Origin: Nitrososphaerota archaeon
Lineage (GTDB): Archaea; Thermoproteota; EX4484-205; JAAOZP01
DNA length: 64,000 nt
Direction: 5' to 3'
Assembly: GCA_011605725.1 (NCBI GenBank)
Contig: JAAOZP010000012.1
Span: forward strand, 192,001-256,000
Under the pieces are notes generated by a model, which saw only the letters and a program-made list of their open reading frames with translations, had not been told where the DNA came from and searched no databases. The first letter of the stretch is position 1. Every line of letters begins with the position of its first letter. Below are positions 1-8,852 of the stretch, piece after piece. The translations under genes were made by a program, and so were the position numbers.

Positions 1-119
1 CTTGTGGGCCGTCAATGAGCAGTGTAGATTTTTCGAATAAAAGACTTTTAAAAACATTTTGCAACCTAGCCTAGAACAGCCTTTAACGTTATATATAGGT
101 TTAATATTGTCATATTTTC

Positions 120-1430
120 ATGAATAGAAAGCGTGGAAACGGATCATTAAGCGGGGCATGGTACGTAACGCTTGTTTTCTTCATCTTTGTCGTACTTCAT
201 TATGCTGACAAATTCCTTATATCGCCACTCCTGCCCCTGGTAAGGGACGAGTTTAGACTAGGCTACACCGAGTTAGGCGCAATTGAAACAGGCACCATCC
301 TGGTTGCTGTCGCATTCATGCCTCTATGGGGATATCTTTTTGACAAGTATGCTAGACCCCCTTTGGTTGCCCTTGCAAGCGCGGTCTGGGGAGGCACGAC
401 TATCCTCTCCACCTTTTCGCAGAACTACCTGCAGCTTATTGTTACAAGATCCATGACAGGGATTGATAATCAAGCTACTAGTGGATTAATGTCTTTCCTG
501 GGAGACTATTTCCCACCGGAGAAACGAGCCACAGCACTAGGTGTTCTTCAGGCCGCTGAGACTTTTGGAGCTCTAATAGGCGTCATAATAGGTCTCTTAA
601 TCGGAGTTAGCTTCGGATGGCGCAACGCCTTTCTGATTACGGCAGCTCCAGGAGTGCTGTTAGCACTAGTCGTACTTTTTACCGTGAAGGATGTTCCGCG
701 AGGAGGAACCGAACCGGAGCTGGTAAACGTCAGAGATAGGCTTAAGGATACTTTCTCAATAAAATCCCTGAAAAAGCTTTTCGAAAGAAGATCCGTCTTT
801 TTCCTCTACCTTCAAGGATTTTTCGGCGTCTTCCCATGGAACATACTTTCCTACTGGCTATTCACATACATGACTGATGTTAGAGGCTTCGAACCTGGTT
901 CCCAGCTGCTCGTAATGCTGGCCGCCCTACTTTCCATGGTTGCTGGAAACATTTTGGCAGGCATGACTGGAGACTGGGCGTTTAGAAGAAACCGGAGGGG
1001 CAGAGTCGTTTTTGCAACAATAACCGTTATCATAGGACTAATATTTTTCGACATGGCCTTCCTAACTAAAGGAGGCGTGGAGCTCTTCCTGCTGCTTGGC
1101 GCTCTAACCGCCTTATTCATGCCGATGGCTGGGCCATGCGTCTCATCATCTGTCCAAGACGTCGCCCTCCCGGAGGTGAGGGGATCAGCCATGGCTATGC
1201 TACTATTTTTCTACAACGTCGGGTCAGCCTTTGCACCACTCATCACGGGTTATGTAGCAGACAGAATCGGCCTAGAATGGGGAATAGTTACGATAGTAAA
1301 CATCACTTGGTCAATATGCATAATCCTGTTAAGCATGGCAGCTGTCTTCATCCCGAGGGACATTGAGTGGAAAAGAAGAGAACTGGCTGAGAGGGCTAAG
1401 AAGCTGGGCTCTGAGCAGAAGGTTTTATAA
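120..1430 (+). CDS. MFS transporter (spinster-like, probable sugar/glycoside permease)
   Basis: About 12 hydrophobic helices; MFS motif A-like 'WGYLFDKYARP' and 'GYVADRIG'; its stop directly abuts the GH116 start. Confidence 0.9.
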   Translation: MNRKRGNGSLSGAWYVTLVFFIFVVLHYADKFLISPLLPLVRDEFRLGYTELGAIETGTILVAVAFMPLWGYLFDKYARPPLVALASAVWGGTTILSTFSQNYLQLIVTRSMTGIDNQATSGLMSFLGDYFPPEKRATALGVLQAAETFGALIGVIIGLLIGVSFGWRNAFLITAAPGVLLALVVLFTVKDVPRGGTEPELVNVRDRLKDTFSIKSLKKLFERRSVFFLYLQGFFGVFPWNILSYWLFTYMTDVRGFEPGSQLLVMLAALLSMVAGNILAGMTGDWAFRRNRRGRVVFATITVIIGLIFFDMAFLTKGGVELFLLLGALTALFMPMAGPCVSSSVQDVALPEVRGSAMAMLLFFYNVGSAFAPLITGYVADRIGLEWGIVTIVNITWSICIILLSMAAVFIPRDIEWKRRELAERAKKLGSEQKVL

Positions 1431-3998
1431 ATGGCTTTAAACGGGTTTCGTCCAGGCTTGCTTGACAAAAGGATACGTGTCTTCGAAGGCAACGCGCTTT
1501 CCGAGATCGCTTTCCCTTTAGGGGGAATAGGCACCGGAACGATTTCCCTAGGCGGTAGAGGAAACCTTAGAGACTGGGAGATTTTCAACAGGCCTGGTAA
1601 GGGTAAGGACCTGCCGTACACCTTTTTCTCCATCTGGTTCCGCGAAGAAGGTTCGAAACCGGTTTCCAAGGTTCTGGAGTCAAGAATCCCCCCGCCTTAC
1701 CGGGGCAGCTATGGAATCCCATGGTCCTACGTGCCTGGGCTACCTAGGCTTGCGAAAACAAGGTTCAGAGGAGAATACCCTTTCGCATGGATATACTTTG
1801 AAGACAGTATTCCGTTGGAAATCTCTCTAGAAGCCTTTAACCCTTTGATTCCACTTAATGTGAAGGATTCAGGCCTACCTGTAGCGATTTTCAAATGGAG
1901 AGTAAGAAACACGTCTAAGAGAAGGGTTGACCTGACCCTGGCCATGAGTCTCTTGAACGCGGTTGGATACGACGGAGTTTCAAACCTCACAAACAGGTTT
2001 AGCGACCTGTTTGGACAAAATTTGAACGAACTAGTCAGAGAAACAGGTCTCACCGGTATTAGAATGAGCAGTAAAAAGTATTCTGAGGATGATCCGAAGT
2101 ATGGATCAATGGTTCTTGCAACAAGCTGGAAAGATGTAACCTACACGCTTAGATGGGAGAGATCAATATGGTGGGACGATGTCCAGAGCTTCTGGAGAGA
2201 TTTCTCTGAAGACGGGCGGCTAGCTGAGGAACCCTCGCCAGACCTCTCAATGGATGGGGAGACGGATGTAGGCAGTCTAGGGCTTCTAGCCAAGTTGAAC
2301 CCCGGTGAAGAGGTGGTACTCCCGTTCATACTTTCATGGTATTTTCCGAACCTGGTGAACTATTGGAATAAAGAGGATGAGGTGCGGGGGAAGAGGATTG
2401 GAAACTTCTATGCTAAGCTCTTCCACGACGCTTTGGACGTGGCTAAGTATGTTGCTAAGGAATTTGAGAGGCTTGAAGAGGAGACGAGGCTTTTCCACAA
2501 GACGCTTTTCGAAAGCACTCTTCCAAGCTACGTGCTGGACGCAGTCTCCAGCCAAGTTTCAACCATAAGGACCCCCACATGCCTATGGGCGGAAGACGGC
2601 AGGTTCTACGCGTTTGAGGGATGCAACGATAACAGCGGGTGTTGCTGGATGAACTGTACACATGTCTGGAACTATGAGCAAACACTAGCACACCTTTTCC
2701 CAAGCTTGGAGAGAACTATGCGTTTAACAGATTTCTTGAATAACACTGATGACACTGGAAACATGGCCTTCAGAACATTGGTGCCGCTTGTGGGTGCTCG
2801 ATGGAGGTTTAAGCCTGCAGCCGACGGGCAGATGGGCTGCATAATGAAGCTCTACAGGGAGTGGAAGCTGAGCGGTGACGACGAGTTCCTGAAAATGCTT
2901 TGGCCAAGCGCTAAGAAATCGCTTGAATACGCATGGAAAACCTGGGATAAGGACTGCGACGGGCTGATGGAAACAGACCAGCATAACACGTATGACATAG
3001 AGTTCTACGGGCCCAACCCAATGGTTAGCTCGCTATACCTAGGAGCCTTGAGGGCAGCTGAGGAAATTGCAAAATATCTTGGAGACTTTGAATCTGCTAA
3101 AAGATACCGGGAAGTCTTTGAGAAAGGAAGAGACAATTTCATAAAGCTCTTGTGGAACGGTGAGTATTTTGCACAGAGGTCTCGAGGCGACTCAAACACA
3201 AGGTATCAATTTGGAGAAGGCTGTCTTTCAGACCAGTTAATAGGCCAATGGTTCAGCCATGTTGTAGGACTGGGATACATCCTGCCAGAGGAGCAGGTGA
3301 AAACCGCTGTGATGTCGGTTTTCCATTACAACTGGAGGGAAAGCCTTCTGGAACACAATAACTGTCAAAGAACTTATGCTTTGAATGATGAGAGCGGCCT
3401 AGTTCTCTGCTCTTGGCCAAAAGGCGGCAGGCCAAACTATCCATTTCCATACTGCGACGAGGTTTGGACAGGTGTAGAGTACCAGGTTGCAGCCCATTTG
3501 ATTTACGAGGGCTTCGTTGAAGAAGGGCTTAGAATAGTCAAGGGAGTTAGGGATAGGTATGACGGCACTAAGAGAAACCCGTGGGATGAAGTTGAATGTG
3601 GGCACCATTATGCTAGAGCCATGTCAAGCTGGTCTCTGCTTCTAGCTTTAAGCGGGTTCGAGTATAGTGCTCCCGAGAAGATCATAGGATTTGGGCCAAG
3701 AGTGTGTGAAAACAATTTTAAATGCTTCTTTTCCACAGGGGGATGCTGGGGAAGCTACAGCAGGAAAGTCGAGCAAGGTTTCCAGAGGGATTCGATAGAG
3801 GTTCGATATGGAAGGCTTGAACTTCACAAGGTTAAACTGATTGTCGACAAGCCTTCAAACGCAAAGCTGATAGTGAACCATTCGAGAAAGGGGAGACTAA
3901 AAGCCTTCTTGAATGTTGAAGAAAAGCATGGGATTGTTGTACTTGAAGAACCAGTTACCATCGATAGTGGAGAACTCCTTGAAATAGTAATAGCGTAG
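1431..3998 (+). CDS. GH116 beta-glycosidase (non-lysosomal glucosylceramidase family)
   Basis: 'FPLGGIGTG', 'GEYPFA', 'FEG..GCC..NCTHVWNY', 'AADGQMG', 'QHNTYDIE', 'EVWTGVEY', 'ECGHHYARAMSSW'. Confidence 0.92.
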   Translation: MALNGFRPGLLDKRIRVFEGNALSEIAFPLGGIGTGTISLGGRGNLRDWEIFNRPGKGKDLPYTFFSIWFREEGSKPVSKVLESRIPPPYRGSYGIPWSYVPGLPRLAKTRFRGEYPFAWIYFEDSIPLEISLEAFNPLIPLNVKDSGLPVAIFKWRVRNTSKRRVDLTLAMSLLNAVGYDGVSNLTNRFSDLFGQNLNELVRETGLTGIRMSSKKYSEDDPKYGSMVLATSWKDVTYTLRWERSIWWDDVQSFWRDFSEDGRLAEEPSPDLSMDGETDVGSLGLLAKLNPGEEVVLPFILSWYFPNLVNYWNKEDEVRGKRIGNFYAKLFHDALDVAKYVAKEFERLEEETRLFHKTLFESTLPSYVLDAVSSQVSTIRTPTCLWAEDGRFYAFEGCNDNSGCCWMNCTHVWNYEQTLAHLFPSLERTMRLTDFLNNTDDTGNMAFRTLVPLVGARWRFKPAADGQMGCIMKLYREWKLSGDDEFLKMLWPSAKKSLEYAWKTWDKDCDGLMETDQHNTYDIEFYGPNPMVSSLYLGALRAAEEIAKYLGDFESAKRYREVFEKGRDNFIKLLWNGEYFAQRSRGDSNTRYQFGEGCLSDQLIGQWFSHVVGLGYILPEEQVKTAVMSVFHYNWRESLLEHNNCQRTYALNDESGLVLCSWPKGGRPNYPFPYCDEVWTGVEYQVAAHLIYEGFVEEGLRIVKGVRDRYDGTKRNPWDEVECGHHYARAMSSWSLLLALSGFEYSAPEKIIGFGPRVCENNFKCFFSTGGCWGSYSRKVEQGFQRDSIEVRYGRLELHKVKLIVDKPSNAKLIVNHSRKGRLKAFLNVEEKHGIVVLEEPVTIDSGELLEIVIA

Positions 3999-4057
3999 TT
4001 TACATATGCTAATACCCGGTCTTTAAGGAGGAAATTTTAAATACTTACCTCAATATT

Positions 4058-5074
4058 TTGAAAACAGGTATGAAGAGTCTGAATATGGCGGTTATTGGTT
4101 GCGGCAACATCGCTAACTACGCGCACCTACCAAACCTGCTGAAAACAGGACAAAAATTGGTCGCCACATGTGATATAGTGGAGGAAAAGGCGAAGCAGGC
4201 TGCTGAGAAGTTTAAAGCCGACAGGTTTTACACGGACTATAGAAAGGTCCTAGAATTAAAGGATCTTGATGCAGTCATAATAGCTACTCCACCCGATACT
4301 CATAAGGAAATAGCTGTAGACGCGGTGAGAACCAACAAGCACGTATTTCTGGAGAAGCCTTTAGCGGCAAACCTGGAGGATGCATATGAAATTTACAGCC
4401 AGTGGAAGAGAAGCAATGTAAAATTTGCAGTCGGCTTCTGCTTAAGGCACCACGGGATGTTCAAGTATGCTAAGGAACTCGTTGAAAACAATACTGTTGG
4501 AGAACCAGTTGCACTGTGGAGAATAGCAATAGGGACTGCTATCGGCGTTCTACCTCCGATGGGATGGCTTACAGACAGGGAAAGGAGTGGTGGAATGGTG
4601 GTTGAAAACTCTATTCATATGATAGATGCGTTCAGATGGTTCGCTGGCGACATCGCTTCAGCCTTAGCACAGTATAAAACGGAAAGGATTGGAATAAACA
4701 TAGAGGATAATGCTTACATAGTGTTCACTCATCGAAACAATGCTTTTTCCAGCATATTGCAGAGCTGGACTGCTACTCACACCCATGAATCGTGGGGGAT
4801 AGTTGGTAAACAGGGTACTGTAAGCGTGAAAGGATATGTATTAGGGACTATGGAGGTCAGTAGTAGGAGTAGAGGCCTGGAGGAAGTAAAAATAGAGGAA
4901 GACCCCATAGTTATGTATGAGAAGGAGATGGAGGATTTCGTGAAAAGCATACTGGAGGATAAGCCGGTTTTCGCCACGCCCCTAGAAGGATTGAAGGCAA
5001 TGGAGGCAGCAGTGGCTGCTGAGAAAAGCAGTAAGGAAGGGAAACTGATTAAGCTACCTTTGATAGATTACTGA
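4058..5074 (+). CDS. Gfo/Idh/MocA family NAD-dependent oxidoreductase
   Basis: Rossmann 'VIGCGNIA', 'EKPLA', 'SGG..VENSIHMID'. Confidence 0.92.
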   Translation: MKTGMKSLNMAVIGCGNIANYAHLPNLLKTGQKLVATCDIVEEKAKQAAEKFKADRFYTDYRKVLELKDLDAVIIATPPDTHKEIAVDAVRTNKHVFLEKPLAANLEDAYEIYSQWKRSNVKFAVGFCLRHHGMFKYAKELVENNTVGEPVALWRIAIGTAIGVLPPMGWLTDRERSGGMVVENSIHMIDAFRWFAGDIASALAQYKTERIGINIEDNAYIVFTHRNNAFSSILQSWTATHTHESWGIVGKQGTVSVKGYVLGTMEVSSRSRGLEEVKIEEDPIVMYEKEMEDFVKSILEDKPVFATPLEGLKAMEAAVAAEKSSKEGKLIKLPLIDY

Positions 5075-5175
5075 GAAACGCAAGCATACTCTCCAAGTAA
5101 CATGATACAAGGGTTTGCCAATCGTTTAGCTGAAATGGATAAAACATATAAAGATTGGGCAGTAGTAGTCGCTAC

Positions 5176-7251
5176 ATGAGGATCAGTATAAACCGTTACG
5201 GTTTCACGCTGAACAACAAGAAGATTGAATTTCTATCTGGAGAGTTCCATTATTGGCGGGTTAAAAGAGAGAATTGGGATAAAATAATGAATAGACTGAA
5301 AGAGGCTGGTTTAGAGATCATCTCAACCTATATTCCGTGGGATTTTCATAAAATCGGTGACGAGTATGATTTTGAAGGAAACACTGATCCTCAAAGAGCG
5401 TTAAACCACTTTATAGATCTCGTTGAGAGAAAGGACTTCCTAATGATTATTAGACCTGGGCCTTACATATACGCGGAATGGAAGTACGGCGGGGTTCCCG
5501 AGGAAGCCTTCAGGCACCATAGGTTCAGCGAAGAATTCAAGAGGCTCGCATCAAACTATATAAGGGCAGTATGTCAGGAATCCATAGTTCCAAACCAAGT
5601 CACAAAGGGGGGACCAATATTCGTTCTTCAAGTGGATAATGAGGTTGACCCTTGGGTGAGATATTATAGGGAGCAGTTGGGATTATGCAGGGGGAGGGGC
5701 CCGTTTAAGGACTTTCTTATTGAAAAGTATGGAGATATTAGTAAGCTGAATAATGCTTGGGCCTCTAACTATGATAGCTTTGAAGAAATAGAGGCTTTTG
5801 AAGAACACCCTTTAGCAAAGGGGAGCATGCAGCCTCACAGCATGATTAGGTATCTTGATTACAGGGCCTTTCTTGACTGGTGTGTTGAAAAAATAATATC
5901 TTGGGCTAGAGACGAGTATAGGAAGAATGGCGTAAACATCCCGATGTTGGTGAACACTTACGACGACCCGGTTTTTCACGACTTGATAAAGCTAGGTAGA
6001 GTCGTAGACCTACCCAGTATGGACATATACCTGAAGAAGCATTTACCTGAAAGCGAAATGTTGAAGCTTTCATATTGGGTTAAGGCTTACGCTGCCTACA
6101 CGGTTTTCCCAATAGCTACGGAATTTCAATCCGGAATCTGGACTGATGCTCTTTACACGACTGGACCGATTGACGGCACGCATGAGAAGCTTCTAGGATT
6201 TTTTGCAATGGCGTGGGGTCTGAAAGGATGGAACTGGTACATGGCTGTTGGGAGAGACAATTGGACTTGTGCACCGGTAAACGAGTGGGGATTAATAAAT
6301 CCTGATGTTTATGAAGCTATTCAGGGACTCTCGAAAACGTATAAACTTGTTAAGCCCTACGTCCTCGAAAGACTAACTTCTGTTTCACTTGTCCACTATA
6401 GGCCGGAGATGCTGTTGAGACATCCTTCTGATGTGCTCTCTGATAAATGGAACTGGGGACGGTGCTTCTCCAGCCTTCATAAGGCTGGGCTGGATTTCAC
6501 CTTCTACAATCCTGAAGCCGACCGTGAAAGGAGGCCATTTATGATTTATGCTGGAGACGGGTTGATGTGGGCAAAAGATGCGGAAAACCTCGTCAAATCA
6601 TGCTACGAAGGATGCCACGTCATGTTTTTCCGAAAAACACCACTTATGGATTTCGCCGGCGAAGAAGTTAAAGAATTCTCAAAGATACCCAGGCCGATTG
6701 GAAGCAGGTCGGAGCCAAGGGGTTCACCAATGACTCTAGAAATCTCTTTCAGAAACCTTAGGAAGGAGATAAGTACATCAGGCTTCGAGTTCTTTAACCA
6801 GCAATGGGATGAAGCCATAACAGTATCCGGTGTCCAAGTGAAATCACCCTACGTTGACATCGCGCCGACGTTAAAGGAACACGTAGTAGGATTAACGAGA
6901 AAACTTGGAGAAGGCAGGATGACGATAATCGGACTGGACCCAAGCCCTTGCTTGCTGGAATTCCTCATAGAGGCCTTCAACATCAAGCTACCGGCGAGAA
7001 CAACCTCATACATGTGTTATGCTTCGCTGCATAAGGATGTTGAAACAGAGTCAAGATACGTAGCTTTCGCAATAAATGCTGCGCCATATAGACAAATCGT
7101 TTCAATAAGCCTGAACTTGCCTGCCGGAAACTATAATTTTAGGGAGTTAAAATCAGGAAAAGAGGGGACTATAGAAGGAGGAGAAGTAGAGCTACGTCAG
7201 CCGATAGGCCCCGGGGATGCGGAGGTAATCGAATTCATTAGGAAAAAATGA
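5176..7251 (+). CDS. GH35 (GH-A clan) beta-galactosidase / GlmA-like exo-glycosidase
   Basis: 'SGEFHYWR', 'TYIPW..H', 'RPGPYIYAEW..GG.P', acid/base 'QVDNE', nucleophile-like 'TEFQSG'; ATG at 5176 follows a TATA-like box (ORF track starts at 5155). Confidence 0.85.
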   Translation: MRISINRYGFTLNNKKIEFLSGEFHYWRVKRENWDKIMNRLKEAGLEIISTYIPWDFHKIGDEYDFEGNTDPQRALNHFIDLVERKDFLMIIRPGPYIYAEWKYGGVPEEAFRHHRFSEEFKRLASNYIRAVCQESIVPNQVTKGGPIFVLQVDNEVDPWVRYYREQLGLCRGRGPFKDFLIEKYGDISKLNNAWASNYDSFEEIEAFEEHPLAKGSMQPHSMIRYLDYRAFLDWCVEKIISWARDEYRKNGVNIPMLVNTYDDPVFHDLIKLGRVVDLPSMDIYLKKHLPESEMLKLSYWVKAYAAYTVFPIATEFQSGIWTDALYTTGPIDGTHEKLLGFFAMAWGLKGWNWYMAVGRDNWTCAPVNEWGLINPDVYEAIQGLSKTYKLVKPYVLERLTSVSLVHYRPEMLLRHPSDVLSDKWNWGRCFSSLHKAGLDFTFYNPEADRERRPFMIYAGDGLMWAKDAENLVKSCYEGCHVMFFRKTPLMDFAGEEVKEFSKIPRPIGSRSEPRGSPMTLEISFRNLRKEISTSGFEFFNQQWDEAITVSGVQVKSPYVDIAPTLKEHVVGLTRKLGEGRMTIIGLDPSPCLLEFLIEAFNIKLPARTTSYMCYASLHKDVETESRYVAFAINAAPYRQIVSISLNLPAGNYNFRELKSGKEGTIEGGEVELRQPIGPGDAEVIEFIRKK

Positions 7252-7388
7252 TTCTAGTTTCGCAACTATCCGAGTGTTGGAAAAGAATTCATGCTAGCCG
7301 GGATGTTTCAACATAGAAAAACATGTTGCCAAGTAGATTAGCGCCTAGTCAAGCCTGCTAGTTCCTTTCTTGAACCTGAGCCTTTGAA

Positions 7389-7922
7389 TCAAGTAACCAG
7401 CAGCAGCCCAAAGTATCTGGGCTTTTCTCTACGGGTTTTCACCACATCTATTTTGAAACCTGCTCCCCTCGCTGTCGCATAGACGTCTATTCCGCAAGCC
7501 TCCATCGATGGCCTTGCAAGCTCCGGATGAACACAATTCTTCAAGTTGCACTCCTTGCAAAGGGGGCAGGGTCCCGATGTAAGCCCGAACGCAGAGTAAT
7601 ACCCTGAGAGAAATGCCTCCCGCTCAAGACTTGCAACCACTCTATGCACTTTTTCCCATCCCGGCTCGAAGCGCAGCAATATGGCAGAGTTGTAACCGCT
7701 TAGGACACGCCTCATCTGCTCCGGAGTTGGCGAGTAAGGAGGACACGTAAGGCGTTTACCATACCCGTCACAACCATACTGGCATTTAAGCCTAACCCAG
7801 TCCCTTACCACCACGTCGCCAGCTTTAATTACCTTTGCCTCAGCCGCCCCGAGCCTTATCGCTATTTCGCAGAGCTCTTCCAGACTTTTAGATACAGCCA
7901 TAAAATTAAGTTTACCTGACAA
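7389..7922 (-). CDS. DUF2284 Cys-rich predicted metal-binding protein
   Basis: 'WVRLKCQYGC..YG..LTCPP', 'GPCPLCKEC', 'ARPSMEACGIDV'; true start probably the ATG of MAVSKS. Confidence 0.88.
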   Translation of the reverse strand: MSGKLNFMAVSKSLEELCEIAIRLGAAEAKVIKAGDVVVRDWVRLKCQYGCDGYGKRLTCPPYSPTPEQMRRVLSGYNSAILLRFEPGWEKVHRVVASLEREAFLSGYYSAFGLTSGPCPLCKECNLKNCVHPELARPSMEACGIDVYATARGAGFKIDVVKTRREKPRYFGLLLVT

Positions 7923-7955
7923 TACCTATATGTCTTTCCATGCGGCAAGGATGTG

Positions 7956-8792
7956 CTATAGCCTACTCTTCCTCAATGCGGTAAGAACCTCATTAATAAA
8001 TGCCTCTCTATCATCGAGTATGAAGGAACTTATGAGCCTACCGTTTACAATTACACCTTCAGAGATGCCACGTTTCTCAGCCTCGGTAGGCTCCTCCGAA
8101 CTGTTTATCCACCTGATGTGCACGCCCTGTACAGCCTTCCCTACCTCTTGCTCGGACTTCTTTAAGAATAAATAGGACCATGGGCAGAAGGAAGGGCTAT
8201 AGATTATCACCACCTTGCCCTTGTCATCCTCCTGTGGCACGTAGTTTGGTCTTCTTCGCTCAACGGGCCTGTAGACGAAGCCATGCTTAAGAGGATAGTA
8301 TAACAGGCTGGGGTCCTCCTCCACTTGCTTGAAACCCATGTCTACAAAGAAGTTTCTAGCTGGATACTGGCCGGGCTTCTCCCCTGGAAAAGGCTTAGTC
8401 ACGAGTGCTGACGGAGGTTTACCGCCGAACCAGCTTTTAGGACTCCTCATATCTTCAATGAGACTGGTCAAGAGCCGTCTTCCAATACCCTTCCTCCAAT
8501 GCTCCCTGCATGGGACAAATATGCAAATGATGCGAACAACCATCTCGTCAGGAACAGGAGTATATTGGATCAGCCCTGCGGGAGATTCTCCCACATACGC
8601 GATCTTGGCAACCGAACCCCAACGCTTAAGCATGTCTCCCGCCCAAATTTTCTTCAGCTCAACCCCCCTCACGAAGACAGGGTCACTCTTCCTCTCGAGT
8701 GGCACGCATAACTTGCAAAGATCATCAAGATTATTCTCAGACGCTTCAACAACTATTATGCTCTCGCCCACAGAATATTTGCCTTCACTCAT
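7956..8792 (-). CDS. GNAT acetyltransferase with YoaP-like/thioredoxin-like C-terminal domain
   Basis: Acetyl-CoA motif 'HWRKGIGRRLL', 'FFVDMGF', C-terminal 'FCPW'. Confidence 0.75.
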   Translation of the reverse strand: MSEGKYSVGESIIVVEASENNLDDLCKLCVPLERKSDPVFVRGVELKKIWAGDMLKRWGSVAKIAYVGESPAGLIQYTPVPDEMVVRIICIFVPCREHWRKGIGRRLLTSLIEDMRSPKSWFGGKPPSALVTKPFPGEKPGQYPARNFFVDMGFKQVEEDPSLLYYPLKHGFVYRPVERRRPNYVPQEDDKGKVVIIYSPSFCPWSYLFLKKSEQEVGKAVQGVHIRWINSSEEPTEAEKRGISEGVIVNGRLISSFILDDREAFINEVLTALRKSRL

Positions 8793-8852
8793 TATTTAAG
8801 ATTTACTGCTAGAATTTTATTTCAATATGTTAATAGCACATTAAAAAGCACT

